Below are positions 40,606 through 49,637 of a stretch of 64,000 nt of DNA, in pieces. Source of the stretch: an uncultured Bacteroidales bacterium (GTDB taxonomy: Bacteria > Bacteroidota > Bacteroidia > Bacteroidales > CAIWKO01); NCBI GenBank assembly GCA_964599365.1, contig CAZRFL010000007.1:12909-76908 (forward strand). Reading direction: 5' to 3'. Below the pieces are notes generated by a model, which was given only the letters and a program-made list of their open reading frames with translations, was not told where the DNA came from and made no database searches. The translations under genes and the position numbers were made by a program. Within the stretch, counting starts at the first letter, position 1, and the number at the start of each line of letters is the position of its first letter.

Positions 40606-41323
40606 GGTTTGTGCCAATTCTTTTCAATCGGCGCTTGCTGCCCGGCAAGGTGGTGCCGACCGCATAGAATTGTGTGCTCAACTGGAGGCTGGTGGAATTA
40701 CTCCGTCAGCGGCATCCATTAAATTAGCTGTCAGAGATCTTAATATTCCGGTATTTGTCCTGATTCGTCCCCGCAGCGGCGATTTCGTTTATGATACCTA
40801 CGATTTTGAACTTATGAAGGAGGATATCAAAATAGCAAAAAACCTGGGTGCTTCTGGCGTTGTTGCCGGCATATTATTGCCCAATGGAGATATTGATTTG
40901 GAGCGAACCTCAGAATTGGTTTCACTCTCCTCGCCCATGCAGTTTACTTTTCACCGTGCTTTCGATCGTGCGCGAAATCCTTATGATGCTCTCGAAGATG
41001 TAATACGAACCGGTGCCGACCGTATCCTCACATCAGGACAAGCATTATCAGCCTGGGAAGGAAGAGCACTAATAAAATCTCTGGTTGAAAAAGCCCGCTC
41101 AAGAATCACCCTTCTGGCAGGAGCGGGTATAAGCCCGGATAACGTAAAGGATATAATCGATTTTACCGGAGTAGCCGAGGTACATGCTTCTTGTTCCACG
41201 AATTTGCCAGGCAATATGGAATACATTTCTCCGCTCGACACTCATCACAATATTACTATTACCGATGTTGAAAAGGTAAAGCAAATAGAGGCCCTAATTA
41301 ATAACCATAACAAGAAATCATGA
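40586..41323 (+). CDS. cutC: CutC-family protein
   Basis: The ATG at 40586 gives [41 protein letters not shown], a typical CutC N-terminus. The track start at 40475 would add a membrane-like extension that overlaps the upstream gene. Confidence 0.85.
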   Translation: [245 protein letters not shown]

Positions 41324-43968
41324 TCAAAAAATTATTCATTCTTCTGTGTCTTTTTGTGAATGTCCTTTTTCTCAATGCCCAGGATAGAACCAAGCATTTT
41401 ATTTCTGATGAAGCTTATCGCCTTCAGGTGATCAAGGCTTTCGATCAGCTGAAGCCATTGGCACAAGGAAGGTCTCTTCAGCTTTTCGATGTCTTTTCAG
41501 GCAAACTGAGTTTGGAAGAGGAAGAAGCTTTGAAATTTCTTTATGCCTATATGCCTTTGAGCGACCTGGCCGATTACGATGGCAGTTTCTACCTGAGACA
41601 GGTTCGTATGTCGTTGCTGGCCCGTGAAACATTCAGCTGGGGCAAAACCATACCCGAGGATATCTTCCGTCATTTTGTTTTGCCCTATCGTGTTAATAAC
41701 GAGAATCTCGATTCCTCCAGAATGGTTTTCTTTTATGAATTAAAGGATCGTATCAAAAACCTTTCTATGGCCGATGCTGCATTGGAAGTGAATCACTGGT
41801 GCCATGAAAAAGTGAACTATAAAGGAACCGACGGACGCACCAGCGCTCCCCTTAGCACCATACGTACGGCTTATGGACGCTGCGGCGAAGAATCTACCTT
41901 CACAGTGACAGCCATGCGTGCTGCCGGTATTCCTGCCCGACAGGTATACACGCCCCGATGGGCGCATTGCGACGACAATCATGCCTGGGTGGAGGTGTGG
42001 ATTGCCGGCAAATGGCATTTCCTCGGTGCCTGTGAGCCTGAACCCGGACTTGATATGGCCTGGTTCGCCGGACCCGTGCTCCGGGCCATGCTTTGCAATA
42101 CTACCGTTTATGGCAACTATAATGGCCCTGAGCAGCAGTTGAAATCGTCAGAGAATTTTACTCAAATAAACCTGATTGAGAACTATGCTCCTTCGAAAGA
42201 ATTGTTTGTGAAAACCGTGGATGAAAAAAACAAACCTGTTGAAAATGCCTCGGTCGAGTTCCAATTATACAATTATGCCGAGTTCTATCCATTGGCTAAA
42301 AAGAATACTGACAAAAACGGAATAGCTTCCCTCATCACCGGTTTGGGCGATCTGATGATATGGGCCTGGTCGGGCAATGCCTTCGGTTATCAGAAAGTGA
42401 CAATAGAGAAAACCGATACCCTGACTCTGGTCTTATATAAAACCCCTAAAACGGTGGATGAGCTTTCCCTGACTTTTGTCCCCCCTGTTGAGCGTCAACC
42501 CAAAGTCCCCGACGCCAGTGGTAAAGATATAAATGACAAAAAGCTTAAAAAAGAAGATAGTCTCCGTTCAGCTTACGTCGCAACATTTATTGATTCGGTC
42601 AGCAGTTGCCAGATAGCCCGTGCGGCAGGCCTCAATTCTGATTCAGTTTGGACCCTGTTGAAATTGAGCAGAGGCAACTGGCCAGAGATATCCCGTTTTA
42701 TCATGGATGGCTCCCTCATCAACAAGACCAATATGTATCAGGTGCTGAACAATGTTTCGGAAAAGGACCTGCACGATACTCCCGAAGCCATTTTGATGGA
42801 TCATCTCAAATATTCTGCAACTAACACTAAAATGCCAAAGGAATTCTTCTGGCAGTTTGTCCTCAATCCGCGCATAGCCGGTGAGATACTCAGCCCCTAT
42901 AAAAAGTTCTTTAACGAAGTTTTTTCGAAAGATTTCATTCAAAATGCGCAGAAAGATCCCTCTTACCTTATTAAATACATTACCTCAGAAATTAAGATTT
43001 CAACCACATCCAATTATTCCCGAAACCCATTAACTCCCAAAGGAACCTACCAACTGAAATATGCCGACCCTGTTTCCCGCGATATTTATTTTGTGGCTTT
43101 GTGCCGTAGTTTTGGTATTCCCGCCCTGGTCGACCCTGCTACCAAGGTCCCTCAGTATTATAAGGATGGCAAGTGGATAGAGGTCTATTTCGAAAAACAG
43201 CTGACCGATAATTGTCCTAAAGTAAAGCTGGTGGTTTCTTTTGATAAGGCTACTGTCGATTTTACACCGGCATATTATACCCACTTTACCATAGCTAAAT
43301 TTGCGGAAGGAGTCTATCGATCTCTCGATTATGAGGAAAGCGATGCTTTTAACAGCTTTCCTGCAACCCTTTCTGTTGATACCGGGCGATATATGGTAGT
43401 TACCGGTGTGCGCAATAACGATGGTTCGGTGAATACTCACCTTAGTTTTTTTGTTCTGAAGGAAAAAGAGGAAAAGAACCTGATACTGCACTTCATTACT
43501 AAAGATAAGAAACCCGAGGCTCTCGGCAAATTGCCACTCGAAAGCTCTTTTGCAGAATTAACTTCCGGAAAAGCTGTGACTCTGAATTCTCAGAGTGCGG
43601 CAAAAGGATTGATACTGGCATGGATCGACCCCGACCGAGAGCCCACCAAACATACTGTTTTGGATTTTCAGCAACTGAAAGATGCATTTGAAAAATGGGG
43701 TGGAGGTGTTGTTTTTCTTCTGGGCGAAGGGAAAAATGCCTCCTTGCTTTCAACCTCTGTCTTCATGGGGTTGCCTCAACAGTTGGTTTACGGCAAGGAC
43801 GACCAAAAATTACTTAAAAAGGTAGAAGGGATACTACGTACAAGTTTCGGCGATAATTATCCCGTATTTCTGGTAATCGATGCCGCAGGCAACATTCTCG
43901 ATTATTCATCAGGCTACAAGATAGGCAGGGGAGAGCAGATCGTTAAAATGCTAAAGTACCTTAAATAA
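41320..43968 (+). CDS. Large secreted transglutaminase-like (Cys-His-Asp) domain protein
   Basis: 882 aa with a signal peptide. Core YGRCGEESTFTVTAMRAAGIPARQVYTPRWAHCDDNHAWVEVW. Its ATG overlaps the cutC stop (ATGA). Confidence 0.8.
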   Translation: MIKKLFILLCLFVNVLFLNAQDRTKHFISDEAYRLQVIKAFDQLKPLAQGRSLQLFDVFSGKLSLEEEEALKFLYAYMPLSDLADYDGSFYLRQVRMSLLARETFSWGKTIPEDIFRHFVLPYRVNNENLDSSRMVFFYELKDRIKNLSMADAALEVNHWCHEKVNYKGTDGRTSAPLSTIRTAYGRCGEESTFTVTAMRAAGIPARQVYTPRWAHCDDNHAWVEVWIAGKWHFLGACEPEPGLDMAWFAGPVLRAMLCNTTVYGNYNGPEQQLKSSENFTQINLIENYAPSKELFVKTVDEKNKPVENASVEFQLYNYAEFYPLAKKNTDKNGIASLITGLGDLMIWAWSGNAFGYQKVTIEKTDTLTLVLYKTPKTVDELSLTFVPPVERQPKVPDASGKDINDKKLKKEDSLRSAYVATFIDSVSSCQIARAAGLNSDSVWTLLKLSRGNWPEISRFIMDGSLINKTNMYQVLNNVSEKDLHDTPEAILMDHLKYSATNTKMPKEFFWQFVLNPRIAGEILSPYKKFFNEVFSKDFIQNAQKDPSYLIKYITSEIKISTTSNYSRNPLTPKGTYQLKYADPVSRDIYFVALCRSFGIPALVDPATKVPQYYKDGKWIEVYFEKQLTDNCPKVKLVVSFDKATVDFTPAYYTHFTIAKFAEGVYRSLDYEESDAFNSFPATLSVDTGRYMVVTGVRNNDGSVNTHLSFFVLKEKEEKNLILHFITKDKKPEALGKLPLESSFAELTSGKAVTLNSQSAAKGLILAWIDPDREPTKHTVLDFQQLKDAFEKWGGGVVFLLGEGKNASLLSTSVFMGLPQQLVYGKDDQKLLKKVEGILRTSFGDNYPVFLVIDAAGNILDYSSGYKIGRGEQIVKMLKYLK

Positions 43969-44008
43969 CGACTTCATCAGGTTTTAGAAGATTTTATTCT
44001 AAAAAGAG

Positions 44009-44016
44009 TATTTTTG
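44009..44016 (+). promoter_or_regulatory. Candidate Bacteroidota -7 promoter box (TAnnTTTG)
   Basis: tatttttg lies 28 nt upstream of the ATG at 44044. This is a sequence match only. Confidence 0.3.
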
Positions 44017-44043
44017 CACCATTATTAAGTAAAAATCAATCCC

Positions 44044-45306
44044 ATGATTAAGAAAACTATTCTCATTATATTGATGTCCATTCCTTTTCTGGCGTTGGCA
44101 CAACAGGAAGAACAAACCCCTGCTTTTGGTATCAGATTTTCGGGCTATGTCAAAAACGACATCTTTTTCGATTCGCGCAAAACCTGTAATGCACTCGAAG
44201 GTGCTTTTTTGCTTTATCCCGACAATGTTAAGTTCGACAATGACAATGTGGATATCAATGCGCATACCCGACTGACTTTTCTGGCCATTCAATCGCGTTT
44301 GCATGGCGATATTTTTGGCCCCGACGCTTTTGGAGCCAAAACTTCAGGTGTGATCGAAGCTGAATTTACCGGCACACAGATTGGCAATGCCAATGGTTTC
44401 CGTTTGCGCCACGCTTATGGAAAATTGTCGTGGGAGTCTACCGACCTCCTCATCGGACAGACCTGGCATCCCATGTTTGTCGAAGGTTGTTTTCCTGAGA
44501 TCATGGCAATGAATACCGGATCCCCGTTTCAGCCTTTTTCGCGCAATCCTCAGATTCGTGTAACCCAAAAACTCAAAGATTTTAAGTTTATGCTTACCCT
44601 GGCTTCACAGTTGGATTTTACCAGCTGGGGCGGCACCGATGGCATACGCAACGCTACCCTGCCCGATATGAATATCCGCATACAATACCAGCATTTTAAC
44701 GAAGACAAAACCCGCGAACTGTTTTTCGGAGCGGGCATTGATTATAAAGTGGTGGTTCCACGCCTGGTTACCGACAGCAATTATGCCACCAATGCCGCTC
44801 TCAATACCTATGCCGCTATGGCTTTTTTCAAACACCGCAGCAAATATATCACCTTCAAAATGGAAGGAGTCTACGGACAGAACCTCTACGATCAGGTGAT
44901 GTTGGGAGGTTATGCTTACAAATATACCACCGACAGTACCACTATTGCACGGGGCGATTTCGATTATACTTCGCTCAACAATGTTTCGGCCTGGGCAGAT
45001 ATTGCCACCAATGGCAGCAAGATACAGTTTGGTATTTATGGTGGATATACCAAGAATTTGGGCTCAAGATTCAATATTCTTAACTGGACTCAGGGCTCAA
45101 AGTTCTTTTCGAGAGGCTGGAATATCGACTATGTTTACCGCGTTTCGCCCCGCATAGTTTTCATCTCTGGTAAAATGAAAATGGGCGTTGAGGGCGATTA
45201 CACCGTGGCCGGATATGGCGATTCAGTCAACAGCCTGGGCGATGTGCAAAATGTAAAACCTGTAAGCAACATCAGGTTGATGTACTCTTTCTTCTATTAT
45301 TTTTAG
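44044..45306 (+). CDS. Outer-membrane porin-like beta-barrel protein
   Basis: 420 aa. Signal peptide ...LALAQQ. Alternating beta-strand pattern. Aromatic C-terminus ...MYSFFYYF. Confidence 0.6.
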   Translation: MIKKTILIILMSIPFLALAQQEEQTPAFGIRFSGYVKNDIFFDSRKTCNALEGAFLLYPDNVKFDNDNVDINAHTRLTFLAIQSRLHGDIFGPDAFGAKTSGVIEAEFTGTQIGNANGFRLRHAYGKLSWESTDLLIGQTWHPMFVEGCFPEIMAMNTGSPFQPFSRNPQIRVTQKLKDFKFMLTLASQLDFTSWGGTDGIRNATLPDMNIRIQYQHFNEDKTRELFFGAGIDYKVVVPRLVTDSNYATNAALNTYAAMAFFKHRSKYITFKMEGVYGQNLYDQVMLGGYAYKYTTDSTTIARGDFDYTSLNNVSAWADIATNGSKIQFGIYGGYTKNLGSRFNILNWTQGSKFFSRGWNIDYVYRVSPRIVFISGKMKMGVEGDYTVAGYGDSVNSLGDVQNVKPVSNIRLMYSFFYYF

Positions 45307-45788
45307 GCTATTAGGCTGTTAGGCTAATAGGCTTTTAGGAAGTGGGCTGCGAGGAATCATGCAAACAAGGTGTTCTTTGCGGTCAGAATTTTTTTAACCA
45401 CAAAGCTCACCAGGAAGTCACCATGGTCACAAAGTAATTCTGCCTCCATCTACTACATTTGGCCAATTAAATCGCCACAGATTCGCAGATTTTATTCTAC
45501 TAAGCAATAATATTCGCTTACGCAGAGCTAAATTTGATTATAATTAACGCTGAGCGTAAATTTAAAAATTTCATTTTTAAATTTTACGAAAGTAATCTGC
45601 GAACGGAGGGAAGCGACCTCACGAAGTCCTATGAAATAAAATAATATTCTGAGTAATCTGCGGCTATGAATTTCAGTTATCCATTAGGGTGATATTAAGC
45701 TCACTTAATCGAAATACTGAAATCTGGCTCCGGTCTTCCGTCTTCTGAATTCTTACTTCTGAATTCTGACTTCTGAATTCTGACTTCC
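45304..45788. repeat. Intergenic block of short-period stutters and inverted 'word' repeats
   Basis: taggctNN 8-mer x 5 (45304-45340, beginning at the porin stop codon). cgcagatt/aatctgcg words in inverted orientation (45478-45490 versus 45593-45600 and 45653-45661). 14-bp unit acttctgaattctg x 3.5 (45738-45788), abutting the HD gene stop. Confidence 0.75.
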
Positions 45789-46432
45789 TAAAAATTCCAT
45801 TCTTCGAAGAAATTCTTCAGAAACTCTTCCATAAACTCATGTCGCTTTTCGGCCAATTCCCTGGCGGCTGAGGTATGCAGCCTGTCTTTGAGCAAGAGCA
45901 ATTTTTCATAGAAATGATTGATGGTATGCGAGACTTTGGTCTTATAAGCCTCGAAATCGTCATGCATCACAGGCAATACTTCGGGATCGTAGATTTCCCT
46001 GTTTTTTGAGCCACCATAAGCAAAAGTCCGGGCAATGCCAATAGCCCCCAGGGCATCCAGCCTGTCGGCATCCTGCACCACGCTGGCTTCTATCGAATCA
46101 GGCGTGGTGTCTTCGCCCGCACCTTTATACGAAACCTGAGCGATGATATGCAGCACCTTTTCTCTGGTTTCTGCCTCCACATCCAGGCTTTTCAGCCAGT
46201 TTTCGGCATGGGCCGACCCGGCAACGTTAAATTTCCAGTCGTCCACATCGTGCAATAAGGCGGCAAGCCTAACTAAAAACAGATCGGCTTTCTCTTTTTC
46301 GGCCAGATACAATGCAAGCTTTTCCACACGATAGATGTGCCACCAATCGTGCCCCGTCGATTCGCCCGCGGAACCCGATTTTACGAATGCTATGGTTTGC
46401 GCTATCATGTTTTGTTGAGTTTCGGTGAGCAT
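45788..46432 (-). CDS. HD-domain phosphohydrolase
   Basis: 214 aa. Contains HDWWHIYRV...AALLHDVDDWK...VQDADRLDALGAIGIAR. Confidence 0.85.
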   Translation of the reverse strand: MLTETQQNMIAQTIAFVKSGSAGESTGHDWWHIYRVEKLALYLAEKEKADLFLVRLAALLHDVDDWKFNVAGSAHAENWLKSLDVEAETREKVLHIIAQVSYKGAGEDTTPDSIEASVVQDADRLDALGAIGIARTFAYGGSKNREIYDPEVLPVMHDDFEAYKTKVSHTINHFYEKLLLLKDRLHTSAARELAEKRHEFMEEFLKNFFEEWNF

Positions 46433-46674
46433 GGTCTGGGTTTATGAAGGGGTTAGGTCTGCAAATTTAGGAAATAATGGGCAGGCGATAACAACAAATT
46501 AGAACAGGGTTGTCTTGAGATATGCGGGGGTTGAAATTTAATAGAATGATTCCGGTTTATGTTGGCGAAGATTTCTTATAATAGGTTGTAATATAAGATA
46601 TTGTGTTGAAATTATTGTGTTTGACAGAATGTAAAATATGGGAAAACGCCTCATTCCGGCATCGTGTTTTATAG

Positions 46675-46968
46675 CTCTGCCTTCAGGCGGCGCGCCTCCG
46701 CCCGAAGGCGGCAGGGCTCTGCCCTCAGCGGGAATACATCCCTCATCAGGCAGCGTGATTCCATTTTCAGGCAGCAGGGCTCCCTCCTCAGGCGGAAGAA
46801 CGCTTCCTTTGAACGACACAACTCTATCCTCAGGAAGAGTCCTGCCATCTCATGTAAGCAAGTTTCCCTCCTCAGGCAGTTCAGCTCCATACTTTGGCAG
46901 TATGCCTCTGCTAGAAGGGGGAATGTTTTTTCCCGAAGCTTTCCCTCCTCAAATTCAGTCTTACTGTA
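46675..46968. repeat. Degenerate tandem array, 14 units of exactly 21 bp (consensus ~ctcYnYcctcAGGcRG-n5)
   Basis: The (c/a)agg-type anchor occurs at 46684, 46705, 46726, 46747, 46768, 46789, 46831, 46873, 46894, 46915 and 46936, with degenerate versions at 46810, 46852 and 46957. All sit within 1 nt of a 21-bp grid. The region is open in several frames on both strands (track ORFs 46638..46976, 46664..46969, 46669..47028, 46538..46819). Confidence 0.85.
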
Positions 46969-47160
46969 AATCCTAAGGTCGTTTAAGAAAACATTAATTA
47001 AAGCGCAGGCAACTTCCCTTTCTTTCATATATTTTATTAACGTTCCTCTCTAGATATTGGTTCCCATGTTGGCTAAGGCTCCAGCCAATTTGCAATTGGT
47101 AAATTGATTTTTCATGGAAAAAAGACATCCCTGTCCTAAGTACCTGATCCCAAACAAAGA

Positions 47161-47194
47161 AAGGCTTGCCCCATTTTGGGGGCAAGCCTTTTTC
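47161..47194 (-). terminator. Strong terminator hairpin downstream of the TlpA-like gene
   Basis: 12-bp stem: aaggcttgcccc (47161-47172) pairs with ggggcaagcctt (47179-47190), 6-nt loop. T-rich tracts on both sides, so it is possibly bidirectional. It lies 24 nt after the stop at 47214. Confidence 0.75.
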
Positions 47195-47213
47195 AATAGC
47201 TTTTATCGCCGTC

Positions 47214-48326
47214 CTACTTCAACAGCTCATTCACCTTCTTATACAGTTCTTCTCCCCTCAGGTTTTTGGCAATAATGCGGCCTTCTTTATCTATCAATAC
47301 GGTATAAGGTATTGCGCTAACATTATACAAAGGCACCACCATCGATTGCCAGAATTTGACATCGCTCACCTGTATCCATGGAAGTTTTTTCGATTTGATG
47401 GCTCCCAGCCAGGCATCGCGGGTTTTGTCCAGCGAAACTCCCATTATCTCCAAACCTTTCGGATGAAAGTCGTTGTATAATTTAATCACATTGGGCATTT
47501 CTTTCATACAGGGTCCGCACCAGGCAGCCCAGAAATCGATGAGCACATATTTGCCCTTGAACGAACTCAGGCTGACATTGGTCCCGCTGGTATCGGGCAG
47601 GGTAAAGTCGGGAGCCATAGACCCTATGCGGGTTTTTTTGGCCGCACGTATCTTCGAGTGCAGGTTCATCACAAAATAATTCGATGGGTATTTTGCAAAA
47701 AGCACGGTATCCATTTTCTCGTAAGTTTCCAGGTTGTCTTCCACCGGAAATGCATCGGGCAGGAAAAGATTGGCCAGCGATGAGGTATTGTTGAGCATAA
47801 AACTATTGAGGGCATTCTTTTTCGAAGCTTCCATTTTTTCGTATTCGGCTGTGTATATTTTTATCAGCGAATCGCGTTTTGGATGGGCCATTGCCTGGCT
47901 CCATAAATTGTTGAGGCTATCTTGTTTGAATTTCGTTTCGTCAATAATTCGTTGGTTCTTAAAAACATAATTGGTTTCCTCGCTGCCTTTGATCTTCAAT
48001 TCTTTCATCAGTTCTTTGGCGTCGGCGCTAATTTCCACCTCTTCGCCGGGTTTCAGAATCATCATAATGAAGTTGTTTTTATCAAATTCCAGCTTATAAA
48101 AATCCGCACCCTTAATATTCTGTTTGATGGAAAATTCGCCTGAGGCCGAAATAGTAGTCTTGCCAAGCTCAGCCATATCTTGTCCAATTCTGATCAGTGT
48201 AGCTGTCGTGAAAGTATTGTTACTTATCTTTCCACTTATACTTACCTGGGGGTTTATCTGCGCATAAACCGAAATAATCGGAAGCAACAAAAGCAATGTA
48301 AAAATTGTGTGTTTAAGTTTTTTCAT
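47214..48326 (-). CDS. TlpA-family thiol:disulfide oxidoreductase (thioredoxin fold) with an N-terminal beta-domain
   Basis: Contains WAAWCGPC (CxxC). The signal peptide starts at MKKLKHTIFTLLLLLPIISVYAQ (ATG at 48326; the track start is 48371). Confidence 0.85.
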   Translation of the reverse strand: MKKLKHTIFTLLLLLPIISVYAQINPQVSISGKISNNTFTTATLIRIGQDMAELGKTTISASGEFSIKQNIKGADFYKLEFDKNNFIMMILKPGEEVEISADAKELMKELKIKGSEETNYVFKNQRIIDETKFKQDSLNNLWSQAMAHPKRDSLIKIYTAEYEKMEASKKNALNSFMLNNTSSLANLFLPDAFPVEDNLETYEKMDTVLFAKYPSNYFVMNLHSKIRAAKKTRIGSMAPDFTLPDTSGTNVSLSSFKGKYVLIDFWAAWCGPCMKEMPNVIKLYNDFHPKGLEIMGVSLDKTRDAWLGAIKSKKLPWIQVSDVKFWQSMVVPLYNVSAIPYTVLIDKEGRIIAKNLRGEELYKKVNELLK

Positions 48327-48419
48327 GATTTGAGGTTTAACAATTCCGGAAAAGCTTATAAAAAAAATCAAAAACCCTGATGTAGGATTTTTGATTTCTT
48401 AAACAATTTGATTTGATTA

Positions 48420-48935
48420 TTAATTCAGTCCCAGTTCTTTTTTTACCAATGGTAAAATATCCTGAGTGGGGTCGGAATATAACAGAACGCCTAATCCTGC
48501 ATCAAAGATGTAAGTAAACTGATTGTCTTTGGCAACTTTTTCAATAGCTGCTTTAGCTTTATCAATAATTGGTTTTAGCAGTTCGTTTTGTTTCTTTTCC
48601 AGATCATCCTGAGCTGATTGCTGAAAAGTTTCTATACGAGCCTGAATATCCTGAAGTTCTTTCTGTTTGGTCTGTTTGATCAAATCTGTAAGATTCGGCT
48701 CCATTTGCTGATACTCGGTATATTTGGTTTCAAGCTCAGTTTGCATACCTTTTAATTGTGTTTCCAGTGTTTTTGCATAGGCTGTAATTTTTGCTGTAGC
48801 AGAGTCTCTGCCTGGCATAAGCTTTAACAATTCATTGGAATCGATATGCCCAAGTTTAACTTTTACCTGAGCAAATGTAGCTGTCGAGAAAGCCACGAAA
48901 AAGAGAATAATTACTGCTTTACTTAAATTTTTCAT
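48420..48935 (-). CDS. OmpH/Skp-family periplasmic chaperone
   Basis: 171 aa. Signal peptide, coiled-coil K/E/Q-rich middle, and position downstream of bamA. Confidence 0.85.
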   Translation of the reverse strand: MKNLSKAVIILFFVAFSTATFAQVKVKLGHIDSNELLKLMPGRDSATAKITAYAKTLETQLKGMQTELETKYTEYQQMEPNLTDLIKQTKQKELQDIQARIETFQQSAQDDLEKKQNELLKPIIDKAKAAIEKVAKDNQFTYIFDAGLGVLLYSDPTQDILPLVKKELGLN

Positions 48936-49005
48936 ATAAATTTTAATTGTTGATTTTTAAATTAATGAGTGCAAAGATACTAATTTTTATTATTGTTAAT
49001 AAGCC

Positions 49006-49602
49006 TTATTTTTCTTTCTTGTCTTCGTTATCATCATTATCATCGTTCTTGTCGTTTTTGCCGTTCTGTGTTTTTATAGCACCCGGTTTATAGCCCAGTT
49101 TATCCAAAACGTCGTCACTTTTATCGTATTTCGAATTCGAATACAGCAAAGTGGTACTACCTGCCTTGTCAAAAACTACAGCATAACCATTAGCATTGGC
49201 AATATCTTCAATAGCATTGGCCACTTTATCCTGAATAGGCTTGATCAGTTCTTTTCTTTTTTTGAAAAGATCGCCATCTTTACCAAATCTTTTTTTCTGA
49301 AGATCTTTGGCTTCTTTTTCTTTGGCAACTATATCATCCTGACGTTTCTTCTTAATATCATCGGGCAATAGCACTGCCTCAGCCTGATAATCTTTATACA
49401 TCTTATCAATAGCGGCGAATTTCAATTCTATCTCTTTTTGCCAGTCCAAAGATATTTTATCTAAAATGTCTTGTGCATCACGATACTCCGACATGTTCTC
49501 CAAAATGTACTCTGAATCAACATAAGCAAATTTTTGGGCATTGGCTTGAAAAGCGAATAGGGGGACAAGGAATAATACTACTAATAATTTTTTCATAAAC
49601 AC
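49006..49602 (-). CDS. OmpH/Skp-family periplasmic chaperone (second copy, D/N/K-rich tail)
   Basis: 198 aa. Contains KFAYVDSEYILENM...KRKELIKPIQDKV. Likely true start is MKKLLVV at 49596. Confidence 0.85.
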   Translation of the reverse strand: MFMKKLLVVLFLVPLFAFQANAQKFAYVDSEYILENMSEYRDAQDILDKISLDWQKEIELKFAAIDKMYKDYQAEAVLLPDDIKKKRQDDIVAKEKEAKDLQKKRFGKDGDLFKKRKELIKPIQDKVANAIEDIANANGYAVVFDKAGSTTLLYSNSKYDKSDDVLDKLGYKPGAIKTQNGKNDKNDDNDDNEDKKEK

Positions 49603-49637
49603 CTCCGTTTGTATTTGTTTGTTAGTTAATCAATTTT

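Noticed and set aside
45307-45787. Hidden structured RNA gene (SRP RNA, tmRNA, RNase P, 6S) or tRNA in the long intergenic regions (also 32446-33456 and 59238-59862)
   Set aside because: I found none of the conserved cores I know, such as the SRP domain IV sequence, the tmRNA ggggctgattctggattcgac start, or the tRNA T-loop ggttcgaatcc. A covariance-model scan is still needed to exclude less familiar RNAs.
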